Origin: Candidatus Levyibacteriota bacterium
Lineage (GTDB): Bacteria > Patescibacteriota > Microgenomatia > Levybacterales > GWA1-39-11
NCBI GenBank assembly: GCA_036788695.1
Contig: DAIQMY010000001.1
Span: 396,767 to 460,766 of the forward strand
Direction: 5' to 3'
DNA: 64,000 nt
Part shown: positions 1 to 10,407 of the stretch, one piece after another
How the letters are laid out: each line of letters starts with the position of its first letter
Numbering within the stretch: the stretch's first letter is position 1
The notes under the pieces: generated by a model
Database searches by the model: none
What the model was told of the DNA's origin: nothing
The model's input: the letters and a program-made list of their open reading frames with translations, nothing else
Program-made: the position numbers and the translations under genes

Positions 1-1080
1 AAAGATTATCAGGGAAAATTGAATGAGTTGAAGGGTCAGGAGAAAACACTTTCTTCACAGATTGGAATCATGGACAATCAAATTAAGCTAACGGAGCTTA
101 AAATAAAAGCAGCTGAGGCTCAACTGGAGCAATTAGAGAAGGATGTTCAGATAACATTAAAAAGAATTTCAACATTAGAAAAAGATATAAATCTAGCCAC
201 CAAGGCTCTTATTAAGCGTGTAAATGCTACTTATCAGATAGGAAGAATTGACCCATGGCAAGTATTGTTAACGTCTAATAATATTTCAAATTTTTTAACA
301 CGGTTATCTTACCTTAAAATAGTACAAATAAATGACAAAAAAACTATTTATGCAGCTCAGGAGTCAAAAGAAAACTATGCAAGTGAGAAAGATGTACTAG
401 AGCAAAAACGAGAAGAAGAGGAAAAAATAAAAGAGCAGCTTCAGGGATATACGGAACAGTTGAATCAGGACAAGGTGGCAAAACAGCAACTATTAACTGA
501 AACTCGGGGGAATGAAGCAAATTATCAAAAACTACTTTCCGCAGCACAAGCGCAACTTGCCGGATTTACCAGATTCGCTCAGAGTCAGGGAGGAGCATCT
601 TTGTTGTCAGGGCAAACAAGCTGTGATGACTGGGGTTGTTATTATAACCAGCGTGATTCGCAGTGGGGCGGGTTGGCGCTTAACAATACACAGTATACCC
701 TCGCAAGTGACGGATGTCTTGTTACATCTATGGCTATGATTTACACCCATTATGGGCATAGGGATGTAAATCCGATTTCAATCAATTCAAACCCTAGTAA
801 TTTTGCGTCTTATTATCCCGCATACTTGTTGTATAAAATCTCAGCAAATGGAATATCATCAAGCAGGGTGGGTACAATAATAGACTCTTCATTAAGTAGT
901 GGAGATCCGGTAGTAGTTGGGGTGCATGCGTATGGAGGAACGCATTTTGTCGTTTTAAAAAGTGGAAGCGGTGGAGATTATGTAATGCATGATCCTTTTT
1001 TACCAAACGGAAATAATGTGAAATTTCAAGACCACTATTCAGTGGGTAGTATATTTGAAATAAATAAAGTTATATTTTAG
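1..1080 (+). CDS. 5'-partial protein: N-terminal coiled-coil region plus C-terminal papain/C39-like cysteine peptidase-type domain (putative secreted cell-wall hydrolase)
   Basis: Reading frame is open to base 1. The track start at 19 is TTG and is probably internal. The N-terminal ~190 aa are heptad-like and Glu/Lys/Gln-rich. The C-terminus has a Cys in DGCLVTSMAM, a His in GTHFVVLK and DPF, an arrangement typical of C39-like or CHAP-like peptidases. Confidence 0.5.
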   Translation, partial: KDYQGKLNELKGQEKTLSSQIGIMDNQIKLTELKIKAAEAQLEQLEKDVQITLKRISTLEKDINLATKALIKRVNATYQIGRIDPWQVLLTSNNISNFLTRLSYLKIVQINDKKTIYAAQESKENYASEKDVLEQKREEEEKIKEQLQGYTEQLNQDKVAKQQLLTETRGNEANYQKLLSAAQAQLAGFTRFAQSQGGASLLSGQTSCDDWGCYYNQRDSQWGGLALNNTQYTLASDGCLVTSMAMIYTHYGHRDVNPISINSNPSNFASYYPAYLLYKISANGISSSRVGTIIDSSLSSGDPVVVGVHAYGGTHFVVLKSGSGGDYVMHDPFLPNGNNVKFQDHYSVGSIFEINKVIF

Positions 1081-1081
1081 T

Positions 1082-1915
1082 ATGATTCGCCTTTTGGCAC
1101 TATTTTTTGTAATCGTATATATTATTTATCCATCTCCTGTTTTTGCGTCCAGTCTCATATTATCTTCTCAGCAGACTAATCTTTCTTCGTCTGATGAATT
1201 TATAGTGAATGCTGGCTTTAATATAAGTACGTCAGATGGAACAAGTTATTATTTGCGGGGTGTATTTTTTAAAGAAGGAACTTCAAATTATTGTGGATAT
1301 ACGTGGAACGGGAATAGTTGGTACAACGGACCTTACTCAGGCGGTGGATTTGGGCAATTATTGCCAATAACAGTATATCAGGGTAGTTGGTCAGGGCAAC
1401 TTAAGGCAAAGATTGACTCAGCAGACGCAGGTTGTCAGAGTAGTGGAACCTATAATTTTAAAATACAAAGATATACAGGTGGTGGTAGTTCCTCATTTGA
1501 TGATCAAAATAATCTAACTGTTGCAATTAGTCTTCCTACCCCGACCCCAACTCCTACTCCTACTCTTACCCCAACTCCGACCCCTACACGGACACCAACA
1601 CTTGTTCCTACTTCCACACCGACTGCCATCCAGCTGCAAAAAATTACACCTACGCAGACAAAGCAATCTAGTAATACTGCCCAGACAAAAACGGTAGCGA
1701 CAGGTATAAAAGAAAATTCTAAATCTTCAGTCTTGGGAAGTTCTGTTCATAAGGACAACAATTCACCTGTGGAGAGAACCCTTATAAAGGGGGAGAGCAC
1801 AGACTTTATGTTTCCTCCCGTTTTTTATGTTATTTTCGGACTTAGCATTTTAGTTATAGCGTGTGGTATACTTCTTTTTCGCGAATGGAAGAAGCAAAAA
1901 AATGAAGAATTATAG
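1082..1915 (+). CDS. secreted or surface protein with a Pro-Thr linker repeat and a C-terminal transmembrane anchor
   Basis: Hydrophobic N-terminal signal-like segment. Low-complexity PTPTPTPTPTLTPTPTPTRTPT linker. C-terminal hydrophobic helix followed by basic residues (REWKKQK). Confidence 0.55.
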   Translation: MIRLLALFFVIVYIIYPSPVFASSLILSSQQTNLSSSDEFIVNAGFNISTSDGTSYYLRGVFFKEGTSNYCGYTWNGNSWYNGPYSGGGFGQLLPITVYQGSWSGQLKAKIDSADAGCQSSGTYNFKIQRYTGGGSSSFDDQNNLTVAISLPTPTPTPTPTLTPTPTPTRTPTLVPTSTPTAIQLQKITPTQTKQSSNTAQTKTVATGIKENSKSSVLGSSVHKDNNSPVERTLIKGESTDFMFPPVFYVIFGLSILVIACGILLFREWKKQKNEEL

Positions 1916-2366
1916 GATAGACAGCAATGCACCCAAAAAATATGTTACAAAGTCTGATGAGGAGACACAGCTTTTGGGAGAGGAATTCTCATCTAATCTG
2001 AAAATGGGAGATGTCATTTTGCTCTATGGGAACTTAGGGTACGGGAAAACAACATTTATTAAGGGTCTCATGAAGGGTTTAGGAGTTAGTAAAAGAGTTA
2101 TGTCTCCAACTTTTGTGATAATAAGAACTTATGTTCCAAAAAATAAAAAAGGAGTAAAGAGAATATATCACGCTGACTTATATAGGATAGAGAATGATGA
2201 AAAATTAGTTGGGCTTGGGATTGATGAAAAAATTTCAGATCCTGCGGCTATTGTTGTTGTTGAATGGCCAGAAAAAATTAAAAAACTTCCAGAAAAAAGA
2301 TGGGAAGTCAAAATAGAAATGAACAATGACAATACTCGTATATTTAATATACTCGAATATGTTTAA
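1902..2366 (+). CDS. tsaE: tRNA threonylcarbamoyladenosine (t6A) biosynthesis ATPase TsaE
   Basis: P-loop GNLGYGKTTFIKGL is characteristic of the TsaE/YjeE family. Start moved to the ATG at 1902 (MKNYRID) to remove overlap with the upstream gene. Overlaps tsaC by 8 nt (ATGTTTAA). Confidence 0.75.
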   Translation: MKNYRIDSNAPKKYVTKSDEETQLLGEEFSSNLKMGDVILLYGNLGYGKTTFIKGLMKGLGVSKRVMSPTFVIIRTYVPKNKKGVKRIYHADLYRIENDEKLVGLGIDEKISDPAAIVVVEWPEKIKKLPEKRWEVKIEMNNDNTRIFNILEYV

Positions 2367-2934
2367 TACCCAAAAAGCAATAGACACAATAAAAAATGGT
2401 GGAGTTGTTATTTTTCCAACAGATACCGCATATGGTATTGGTTGTAGAATGGATAACACAGTGGCAGTGGATCGAATTTTTAAGATAAAAGAGCGCTCAA
2501 AAAAGAATCCACTTCTTGTATTGGTAGATAGTATACAAATGGCGGAAGAATATGTTGAAATTCCAAATGATGTAAAACATAAACTTTTGGATTTTTATTG
2601 GCCAGGAGGTCTAAGCGTTTTTTTTAAGACGAAAAAAAATAAAGTTCCAGAGATCGTTACCGCTCAAACGTCTGTTTTGGCAGTTAGATTGCCTAATCAC
2701 AAAATTCTACAGGAGATAATACGTATTGTGGGCGTTCCGATTATTGCGACATCAGCAAATAAATCAGGAGAGGCAACCCCTTACGCTATAGACGGCATAG
2801 ATGAAGATATCAAAAGAAAGGTAGATATGGTTTTTGATGGAGAATGCACTTATAAAAAAGAGTCGACCATTATAGATACAACAGTAAAGCCTTGGAAGAT
2901 AATACGGGAGGGAGCAGTGAAAGTTAAAATATGA
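2359..2934 (+). CDS. tsaC: L-threonylcarbamoyladenylate synthase TsaC (YrdC/Sua5 family)
   Basis: YrdC-fold motifs VIFPTDTAYGIGC, SANKSGE and RLPNH. The internal ATG at 2359 is used as start. Confidence 0.8.
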   Translation: MFNTQKAIDTIKNGGVVIFPTDTAYGIGCRMDNTVAVDRIFKIKERSKKNPLLVLVDSIQMAEEYVEIPNDVKHKLLDFYWPGGLSVFFKTKKNKVPEIVTAQTSVLAVRLPNHKILQEIIRIVGVPIIATSANKSGEATPYAIDGIDEDIKRKVDMVFDGECTYKKESTIIDTTVKPWKIIREGAVKVKI

Positions 2935-3242
2935 ACACAATAAAAATTGATACATCCAATGGTAGAATCACTGAGATTACGCTTGAAATGAATGGACGTA
3001 CTCAGGTCATAACAAAAGAGCGGGAGTTTTCAGGGGATCAAAATGTTGTTGAATTAATAGATTCGTTACTCAAGGAGAATGCGCTTAGCATAAAGGATGT
3101 TTCAGCCATCCAGTTTATAACGGGACCCGGATCATTTACGGGCTTACGAGTTGGAGCAGCTATAGCTAATGCTTTCGCGTTTGGTTTGCAAATTTCTGTA
3201 AATGGAAAAGAAATTGGAGAAATAGACATTCCTATCTATTAA
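2931..3242 (+). CDS. tsaB: TsaB/YeaZ-like protein, N-terminal half only (103 aa)
   Basis: ITGPGSFTGLRVGAAIANAFAFG matches the TsaB/YeaZ glycine-rich motif. The ORF ends after about 100 aa, whereas full TsaB is about 220 aa. ATGA overlap with tsaC. Confidence 0.65.
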   Translation: MNTIKIDTSNGRITEITLEMNGRTQVITKEREFSGDQNVVELIDSLLKENALSIKDVSAIQFITGPGSFTGLRVGAAIANAFAFGLQISVNGKEIGEIDIPIY

Positions 3243-3302
3243 ATACTGCATTTTCATATTACGCTTGCATATACGTACTTCCTTCGCTAATAATTAGTAT
3301 GT

Positions 3303-4184
3303 ATGGAATTATTACGACATCTGCTTAGCCCTACTAGAAAAAACAATTTTAGGGCAAGAGTAATTCAGAATTCTTCGCTTGTTATTCTTACCTTTCTTGT
3401 TATGCTTGCGACATCCGTAGTATTTGTGGTGAGAAGTACCCATCCTGAAGTATTAGGTATATCGTATTCAATTTCTGAGCAAGAATTATTAGATAAGACA
3501 AATGTCTTACGGGTACAAAATAGCCAAGCATCTCTTGTGCTCAATCCACAGCTTTCTGATGCCGCAAGAAGGAAGGCTGCTGACATGTTTCAAAAAGATT
3601 ATTGGGCACATTTTGCGCCCGATGGTACAACGCCATGGGGATTTATAAAAGCTGCCGGATACGAATATGCGTATGCCGGAGAGAACTTAGCCAAGGGATT
3701 TACATCTTCTGGGGATGTAGTTTCTGCCTGGATGGATTCTCCTTCACATAGAGAAAATATGTTGTCACGTAAATACAAAGATGTGGGATTTGCAATTGTT
3801 GAAGGAAAATTACAGGGAGAGGATACGGTTTTAATTGTTGAAATGTTTGCCTCGAAAGACGCAGAAATTGCGGCCATTCCGGAAGAATCTCAACAGATTG
3901 TAGAGTTTGAGAAAAAACCTATTGCAAAAAATGTAACTGATGGTCAAGGTGTTGCTGCGCTTGGGAAAGAAGTAAAAGCAGTACCGGTCGTAGACTCTCA
4001 AAAGACAATTAGGTCAAGTATTACAATTTTTCTTGTATTTATTATTGTAATTCTGATGCTCGATATTATAATTGTTGAGAAGAAAAAAATCCCAAGAATT
4101 GTGGGTCATAATATGGATCATATTATATTATTGGTGTTATTTTTATTGTTCGTTTTGGCATCAACAAATAAAGGGATTTTATAA
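3303..4184 (+). CDS. membrane-anchored CAP/SCP (PR-1-like) domain protein
   Basis: YWAHFAPDGTTPWG, GENLAKGF and SPSHRENML resemble CAP-superfamily motifs. An N-terminal TM helix and a C-terminal hydrophobic segment are present. Confidence 0.65.
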   Translation: MELLRHLLSPTRKNNFRARVIQNSSLVILTFLVMLATSVVFVVRSTHPEVLGISYSISEQELLDKTNVLRVQNSQASLVLNPQLSDAARRKAADMFQKDYWAHFAPDGTTPWGFIKAAGYEYAYAGENLAKGFTSSGDVVSAWMDSPSHRENMLSRKYKDVGFAIVEGKLQGEDTVLIVEMFASKDAEIAAIPEESQQIVEFEKKPIAKNVTDGQGVAALGKEVKAVPVVDSQKTIRSSITIFLVFIIVILMLDIIIVEKKKIPRIVGHNMDHIILLVLFLLFVLASTNKGIL

Positions 4185-4192
4185 AAACATGT

Positions 4193-4447
4193 ATGGGTAA
4201 ACACAACAGCTATTACATATTAGAAACATTTTTACTGGGGATAGGTTTTTTTGCGATTTATATCTATTCACCACATGTCGTGATAGAGACAATATTAATT
4301 GGATTATTATTAGTATTTTATTCCGGAATGGGAATATTTCATCACTACAAAGAGCATGACATTCATGCAAAAATTGTGCTAGAATATATACTTATTAGTT
4401 GTCTTGTTCTGTCCATTTTTATGTTTTTAAAAAGCGGAATAGTATGA
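4193..4447 (+). CDS. small hydrophobic membrane protein, function unknown
   Basis: 84 aa with three predicted hydrophobic helices. ATGA overlap with rfbA suggests it is translated. Confidence 0.35.
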   Translation: MGKHNSYYILETFLLGIGFFAIYIYSPHVVIETILIGLLLVFYSGMGIFHHYKEHDIHAKIVLEYILISCLVLSIFMFLKSGIV

Positions 4448-5166
4448 AAGGAATAATTCTTGCGGGTGGTAAGGCCACTCGTCTTAGACCATTAACTAAA
4501 ATTACTTCAAAGCAGTTACTTCCTGTTTACGATAGGCCCATGATTTACTACCCTATTGAGACTTTAGCAAAATCAGGCATAAAAGACATACTTGTAATTG
4601 TTGCTCCAGAGTATTCAGGACATTTTCTGAATTTATTGGGATCAGGAAAAGATTTGGGTTTAAATTTTTCATATGAAGTACAAGAAGAGCCGCGTGGTCT
4701 CGCTGACGCATTTATTGTTGGAGAAAATTTTATAGGCGGAGACAGTGTAACAATGATTTTGGGAGACAATATATTTGAGCATGATTTTTCTGAAAGTATA
4801 AAAACATTTAAAGGCGGAGGTATGATTTTTGCAAAGAAAGTGCATGACCCTGAGCGATTTGGAGTAGTTGAGTTTGATGAACATTTTAAGGTCATCTCTA
4901 TTCAAGAGAAACCTGCTTCTCCAAAAAGTGAGTATGCTGCGGTAGGCTTATATATATATGATAATAAAGTGATACAGTACGCAAAAATGTTAAAGCCTTC
5001 AGAAAGAGGGGAGATAGAAATAGTTGATCTTCACAACGAATATTTAAAGAGGGGGAATTTAGCGGTAAATATAATTGATGGTATGTGGGAAGACGCAGGA
5101 ACTTTTGAAAGCTTGTTGCGGGTCAGTAACTTCATGGCAGCAAGAAAAAAGGATAAGTCTTCTTAA
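4444..5166 (+). CDS. rfbA: glucose-1-phosphate thymidylyltransferase (short form)
   Basis: MKGIILAGGKATRLRPLT nucleotidyltransferase signature. Start placed at the ATG at 4444. Confidence 0.8.
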   Translation: MKGIILAGGKATRLRPLTKITSKQLLPVYDRPMIYYPIETLAKSGIKDILVIVAPEYSGHFLNLLGSGKDLGLNFSYEVQEEPRGLADAFIVGENFIGGDSVTMILGDNIFEHDFSESIKTFKGGGMIFAKKVHDPERFGVVEFDEHFKVISIQEKPASPKSEYAAVGLYIYDNKVIQYAKMLKPSERGEIEIVDLHNEYLKRGNLAVNIIDGMWEDAGTFESLLRVSNFMAARKKDKSS

Positions 5167-5232
5167 TGGTGTATACTGGCATGTATAGGAAACAGAGAAA
5201 AAACGTATAGTATTTTACCTTGATTTAAATAT

Positions 5233-6249
5233 ATGAAATTACTAGTAACTGGCGGAGCGGGATTTATCGGATCAAATTTCATTCTTTATTGGCTTTCACA
5301 CCATAGAAATGATTTAGTGATAAATTTGGATAAGTTAACATACGCGGGAAATTTAGATAATCTAAAAAGTATAGAACATGATCCATCATACAAATTTATA
5401 AAGGGTGATATTTGTGATACTGATTTGGTCAGAGAAATAATGGATGGTGTAGATACAGTTGTTCATTTTGCGGCTGAATCACATGTTGATAGATCTATTA
5501 AAAAACCTCAGGACTTTGTTATCACTAATGTTGTTGGGACGCAGGTATTGTTAGACATAGCAGTTGAAAAAAAAGTGAAGAGATTTCATCATGTATCAAC
5601 TGATGAGGTTTTCGGATCTCTTGATCTTAATTCTTCCGATAAATTTAATGAACAAACTTCATATAACCCTCATAGTCCCTATTCCGCGAGTAAAGCGGCA
5701 TCTGACCATCTAGTGAGAGCATATGCAGATACATATGGTCTACCAATAACAATAACTAATTGTTCTAACAATTTTGGCCCATTTCAGTTTCCGGAAAAAC
5801 TTATTCCACTTGCAATAACAAATCTTTTGGAAGGCAAGAAAGTTCCTGTTTACGGGGATGGTTTATATGTAAGGGATTGGTTGCAGGTGGAAGATCATTG
5901 CAGGGCAATTGAAGCTGTGCTTATGAATGGGCATGTCGGAGAAACATACTGTGTGGGAGGAATGACTCAGGATATATCTAACTTAGAAATAGTAAAAAAA
6001 ATAATAATTCTTTTAGGGAAGGATGAATCTATGATAGAGTTCGTTAAAGACAGGCCAGGGCATGATAGAAGATATGCAATAGACTGGAGTAAGATAAACA
6101 GAGAGCTCGGGTGGCACCCTGCCTATGATTTTGAGACGTGGTTGGAGAAAACTGTAGATTGGTATAGGGAAAACCGTGAATGGTGGAAGAGGTTAAAAAA
6201 CGCTGAATTTGAAAAATACTATCAGGGACAATATGGGGAGGAGAGCTGA
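5233..6249 (+). CDS. rfbB: dTDP-glucose 4,6-dehydratase
   Basis: MKLLVTGGAGFIGSNF Rossmann motif and a YSASK catalytic motif. Length and neighbourhood fit RfbB. Confidence 0.8.
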   Translation: MKLLVTGGAGFIGSNFILYWLSHHRNDLVINLDKLTYAGNLDNLKSIEHDPSYKFIKGDICDTDLVREIMDGVDTVVHFAAESHVDRSIKKPQDFVITNVVGTQVLLDIAVEKKVKRFHHVSTDEVFGSLDLNSSDKFNEQTSYNPHSPYSASKAASDHLVRAYADTYGLPITITNCSNNFGPFQFPEKLIPLAITNLLEGKKVPVYGDGLYVRDWLQVEDHCRAIEAVLMNGHVGETYCVGGMTQDISNLEIVKKIIILLGKDESMIEFVKDRPGHDRRYAIDWSKINRELGWHPAYDFETWLEKTVDWYRENREWWKRLKNAEFEKYYQGQYGEES

Positions 6250-7115
6250 TGCAGCAGATTTTGGCAACAGGGGTAACAGGATTAATAGGTTCCAGATTAA
6301 CCCTGGTATTACATAACTTCGAGTTTCTAACGATCTCCCGTAAGGATGGGGCAGATATTACGCAAAAGGAATCTTTGAGGAAGAATTTCAGTTCTTTTAC
6401 GGGTAAATTTGTTCTCCATATGGCCGCTAAAGCAGACGTAGACGGTTGTGAGGAAGATAAAGAAATGGGCGAGCAGGGAGACGCATGGAAAATAAATGTT
6501 TTGGGAACTCAGAACGTAGCGGAGTTATGCAAGGAATACAATAAGAAAATTATATATATCTCAACAGACTTTGTCTTCAACGGTGAAAAAAAACAAGGAG
6601 ACGCATACACAGAAGAAGACATTGAACAACCGGTAAATTGGTACGGGGAGACTAAATTTCAAGGAGAGCAGAGAGTTAAAAAAAGTGGGGCAGAATATCT
6701 TATCTTAAGAATCGCATATCCGTATGGAGTAAGTAGCGCTGAAAAAAGAGATTTTGTAAGAATTATCGCATCAAGAATTAAAAATAATCAACCAGTAGCA
6801 GCTGTAACTGATCACATTTTTGTTCCAACGTATATTGATGATCTCTCGTATGCTATAAAAAGACTTATTGAGTTAGACGCTGCGGGAACGTATCATGTTG
6901 TGGGAAGTGATCCACTTACTCCATATGATGCGGCACGTTTGATAGCAAAGGAAATAAATGCTGACCCTGAGGCTATTGGAAAAACAACAAGAGAAGATTT
7001 TTTTCATGGTCGAGCAAAACGTCCTTTTAATTTATATTTAAGTAATGGTAAAATAGAAAATCTTGGGATTCGTATGGAGGGATTTGCAGAAGGTATTCAT
7101 AAGATGAGTATGTAA
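6249..7115 (+). CDS. rfbD: dTDP-4-dehydrorhamnose reductase-like (RmlD substrate-binding family)
   Basis: ILATGVTGLIGSRL and YISTDFVFNG...NWYGETKFQGE match the RfbD pattern YSTDYVF...YGETK. Confidence 0.65.
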   Translation: MQQILATGVTGLIGSRLTLVLHNFEFLTISRKDGADITQKESLRKNFSSFTGKFVLHMAAKADVDGCEEDKEMGEQGDAWKINVLGTQNVAELCKEYNKKIIYISTDFVFNGEKKQGDAYTEEDIEQPVNWYGETKFQGEQRVKKSGAEYLILRIAYPYGVSSAEKRDFVRIIASRIKNNQPVAAVTDHIFVPTYIDDLSYAIKRLIELDAAGTYHVVGSDPLTPYDAARLIAKEINADPEAIGKTTREDFFHGRAKRPFNLYLSNGKIENLGIRMEGFAEGIHKMSM

Positions 7116-7118
7116 AAG

Positions 7119-8408
7119 ATGAAAATAACATTTATTGGACATGGATATGTGGGTTTAGTAACAGCGGCAATTTTTGCTGATTTGGGGAATACTGTCTATG
7201 TCATAGGACACACAAAAGAGAAGATTGAAAATTTAAAAAAGGGCATTCTCCCAATATATGAGCCGGGGCTAAGTGAAATAGTTACACGAAATGTAGAGAA
7301 TGGTAGGTTAATCTTTACGCTTGAATATAGCCCAGCTGTTTCAGAATCCGAAGTTGTATTTATAGCTGTTGGAACTCCTCCGCAAAAAACAGGCGACGCA
7401 GAGTTAACAACAGTATTTAGCGTGGCTGAAAAAATCGCAAAAAATCTCACTCATTATACGGTGGTTGTAACAAAGAGTACTGTTCCTCCTGGGACCAATA
7501 GAAAGGTAAAAAGAATACTTGAGGAAAATGTAAAAGAAGGAATAGATTTTGATATAGCATCAGTGCCCGAATTTCTTAGAGAGGGAAGTGCTATTGAAGA
7601 TACCCTTCATCCTGATAGGGTTATCATAGGAACGGAAAAGGATAAACCCTTGGAGATTCTCAAAGAATTACATAAGCCAATGGGTGGGGAATTGGTTGCA
7701 ACAAATCTTGAGACTGCGGAACTTATTAAGTATGCATCAAATTCCTTTTTGGCTACTAAAATATCATTTGCAAACGCAATTGCTAAGTTGGCCGAAAAAA
7801 TAGGAGCAAATGCACCCGAAGCGCTACATGGAATTGGCTTAGATAAAAGGATTGGGGAAGCCTTTCTCTATGCGGGTGCGGGATATGGTGGTAGTTGTTT
7901 TCCAAAAGATGTAAAAGCGCTTTTGGCTATAGCAAAAGACAATGACTACAATTTTGCTCTTCTTGATGAGGTAGAAAAGATAAATGATTTTGCAAGACGA
8001 GATATTGTGAAAAAAGTAAAACGACTGTGTGGGGAGTTACGAGGTAAGACAGTGGGCATATTGGGTCTTTCATTTAAGCCAAATACTGATGACATGAGAG
8101 ATGCATCATCCATTACTATCATTAATCTATTAAAAAATGATGGTGTGAAGATAAAAGCTTATGACCCGCAGGCAATGGAGAACTCGAAAAAAATTATGCC
8201 AGAAATTACGTACTGTAAAGATCCATATGAAGTAGCAAAAGATGCAGATGCCATTTGCATACTTACTGAATGGAATGAATTTAGAGAGTTGGATTTAGAA
8301 AAAATTCGAAGTGTTATGAAGACGCCAAATCTGATAGATGGAAGAAATATATATGCACCGTCTGTGCTCGAGAAATTAGGGTTTAATTCAGTTGGGGTTG
8401 GAAGATAG
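7119..8408 (+). CDS. ugd: UDP-glucose 6-dehydrogenase (UDP-glucose/GDP-mannose dehydrogenase family)
   Basis: MKITFIGHGYVGLVTAAIFADLGN NAD-binding motif and a GSCFPKD catalytic Cys region. Confidence 0.8.
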   Translation: MKITFIGHGYVGLVTAAIFADLGNTVYVIGHTKEKIENLKKGILPIYEPGLSEIVTRNVENGRLIFTLEYSPAVSESEVVFIAVGTPPQKTGDAELTTVFSVAEKIAKNLTHYTVVVTKSTVPPGTNRKVKRILEENVKEGIDFDIASVPEFLREGSAIEDTLHPDRVIIGTEKDKPLEILKELHKPMGGELVATNLETAELIKYASNSFLATKISFANAIAKLAEKIGANAPEALHGIGLDKRIGEAFLYAGAGYGGSCFPKDVKALLAIAKDNDYNFALLDEVEKINDFARRDIVKKVKRLCGELRGKTVGILGLSFKPNTDDMRDASSITIINLLKNDGVKIKAYDPQAMENSKKIMPEITYCKDPYEVAKDADAICILTEWNEFRELDLEKIRSVMKTPNLIDGRNIYAPSVLEKLGFNSVGVGR

Positions 8409-8416
8409 TTGATATA

Positions 8417-9367
8417 ATGAAAAAGGCTTTCATAACAGGCGTTTCAGGATTTGCAGGCAGCTTTTTAGCTGAGGTACTATTGACTGAGGGAGTAGAAGTG
8501 CACGGAACCCATATTTCTTCTGATACTAAAAATATTGATCACATCAAAAACCGCGTACATCTTCATAAATTAGATTTGCTTGAGAGGGAAAAAGTACAAA
8601 AATGCATAGAAGAAGTTCAGCCTGATACGATATATCACCTTGCAGCCCTCACATCTCCTGCTGAAAGTTTTTCAAAACCAGAAACTGTATTTATAAATAA
8701 TGTAACAGCACAGATACACTTGTTAGAAGCTGTTAGGCTTTCAGAGGGTACTCCACGAATTATGATAATTTCTTCAGCGGAGGTTTATGGTATTGTGAAT
8801 TCATCAGACTTGCCTATATCTGAAAATATCCAGTTACGCCCAGGAAGTCCGTATGCAGTATCAAAGATTGCACAGGACTATTTGGGTTTGCAGTATTTTT
8901 TATCATACGGAATGGATATAGTACGCGTGAGACCGTTTAACCATATTGGGCCACGCCAATCGGCATCGTTTGTTGTATCATCATTTGCTAAGCAAATTGC
9001 AGAAGCTGAGAAAAAGAAAAATGGACAAGAAATTTTAGTTGGAAATCTGGATGCAAAAAGAGATTTTACTGACGTGAGAGATATGGTTCGGGCATATTCT
9101 TTACTTGCAGAAAAAGGAAAAAGTGGAGAAGTTTATAATATAGGCTCTGGAGTATCACATAGAATCTCGGACATTTTAGGTAAGCTCCTTTCTTTTTCCT
9201 ATGAAAAAATAGAAATAAAAGTAGATCCTTCTCGGATGAGACCATCTGATGTGCCTGACATACGATCTGATAATACGAAAATAAAAAATGCGACTAATTG
9301 GGTGCCGCATATTAAGCTTGATCAAACATTAAAAGATACACTTGATTATTGGAGAGATAACGTTTAA
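8417..9367 (+). CDS. NAD-dependent epimerase/dehydratase, probable GDP-4-keto-6-deoxy-D-mannose reductase (Rmd/Fcl-like)
   Basis: FITGVSGFAGSFLAE Rossmann motif and PYAVSK (YxxxK). Sits immediately upstream of gmd. Confidence 0.55.
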   Translation: MKKAFITGVSGFAGSFLAEVLLTEGVEVHGTHISSDTKNIDHIKNRVHLHKLDLLEREKVQKCIEEVQPDTIYHLAALTSPAESFSKPETVFINNVTAQIHLLEAVRLSEGTPRIMIISSAEVYGIVNSSDLPISENIQLRPGSPYAVSKIAQDYLGLQYFLSYGMDIVRVRPFNHIGPRQSASFVVSSFAKQIAEAEKKKNGQEILVGNLDAKRDFTDVRDMVRAYSLLAEKGKSGEVYNIGSGVSHRISDILGKLLSFSYEKIEIKVDPSRMRPSDVPDIRSDNTKIKNATNWVPHIKLDQTLKDTLDYWRDNV

Positions 9368-9389
9368 TATTTTAAAGTTAAGTTAATGT

Positions 9390-10373
9390 ATGGCTATGGC
9401 AAAAAAAGCTTTAATTACAGGGATCACTGGACAAGACGGATCGTATCTTGCTGAGTTTTTGCTCAAAAAGGGATACACGGTTTATGGATTGGTTCGCAGA
9501 CTTAGTACGCCAAATATAATTAACATTCGACATATCCAAGACAAGATAACAATTATTCCTGGAGATTTATTAGATCAAGGATCTCTTGCTGATGCACTGA
9601 TCACATCGGAACCTGATGAGGTGTATAATCTTGCCGCACAGTCATTTGTAAAGGCATCTTGGAGTCAGCCGGTTTTAACTGGTGAATTTACTGCGCTATC
9701 TGTTACAAGAATGTTAGAAGCAATAAGACAAGTTAATAAAAAAATAAAATTTTATCAAGCTTCATCCTCTGAGATGTTCGGCAAAGTTACGGAGACACCA
9801 CAGAAAGAGACTACTCGATTTTATCCACGCTCACCATATGGTGTTGCGAAAGTGTACGGTCATTATATAACGGTAAATTATAGAGAGAGTTATGATATGT
9901 ATGCTTGCTCGGGGATTCTCTTCAATCATGAGTCACCTAGGCGCGGGTTGGAATTTGTAACAAGAAAAATTAGCAACGCTGCTGCAAGAATTTCTTTGGG
10001 AAAGCAAAAAAAGCTTGAATTAGGGTCACTGGATCCTAAGCGCGATTGGGGTTTTTCAGGTGACTATGTTGAGGCGATGTGGCTAATGCTTCAACAGCCA
10101 AAGGCTGATGATTACGTGATTGCAACCGGTGAGAATCATTCTGTTGAGGAATTTGTAAAAATTGCGTTTGCTACCGCTGGGATAAAAGACTGGGAGGAAT
10201 ATGTGGTAGCAAATAAAAAAGAATTTATGAGGCCAGCTGAGGTAGATTATTTAATTGGAGATTATAGCAAGGCTAAAAAAGAATTAAGTTGGGAGCCTAA
10301 GACTTCATTTAAAGAACTGGTAGAGATGATGGTTAGGGCTGACCTTGATCTAGAAAAGAAAAACGATCTATAA
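9390..10373 (+). CDS. gmd: GDP-mannose 4,6-dehydratase
   Basis: [23 protein letters not shown] and [15 protein letters not shown] are classic Gmd motifs. Confidence 0.85.
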   Translation: MAMAKKALITGITGQDGSYLAEFLLKKGYTVYGLVRRLSTPNIINIRHIQDKITIIPGDLLDQGSLADALITSEPDEVYNLAAQSFVKASWSQPVLTGEFTALSVTRMLEAIRQVNKKIKFYQASSSEMFGKVTETPQKETTRFYPRSPYGVAKVYGHYITVNYRESYDMYACSGILFNHESPRRGLEFVTRKISNAAARISLGKQKKLELGSLDPKRDWGFSGDYVEAMWLMLQQPKADDYVIATGENHSVEEFVKIAFATAGIKDWEEYVVANKKEFMRPAEVDYLIGDYSKAKKELSWEPKTSFKELVEMMVRADLDLEKKNDL

Positions 10374-10407
10374 TGTCTCCTTTTTTGGTATACTAGTTTA
10401 GCTCATC

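Noticed and set aside
1500-1640. Short tandem nucleotide repeats (ccgac/cccaact/cctact...) that might suggest a repeat array
   Set aside because: They are the coding sequence of a Pro-Thr linker (PTPTPTPT) within an intact ORF. There are no regular spacer-separated repeats, so this is not CRISPR.
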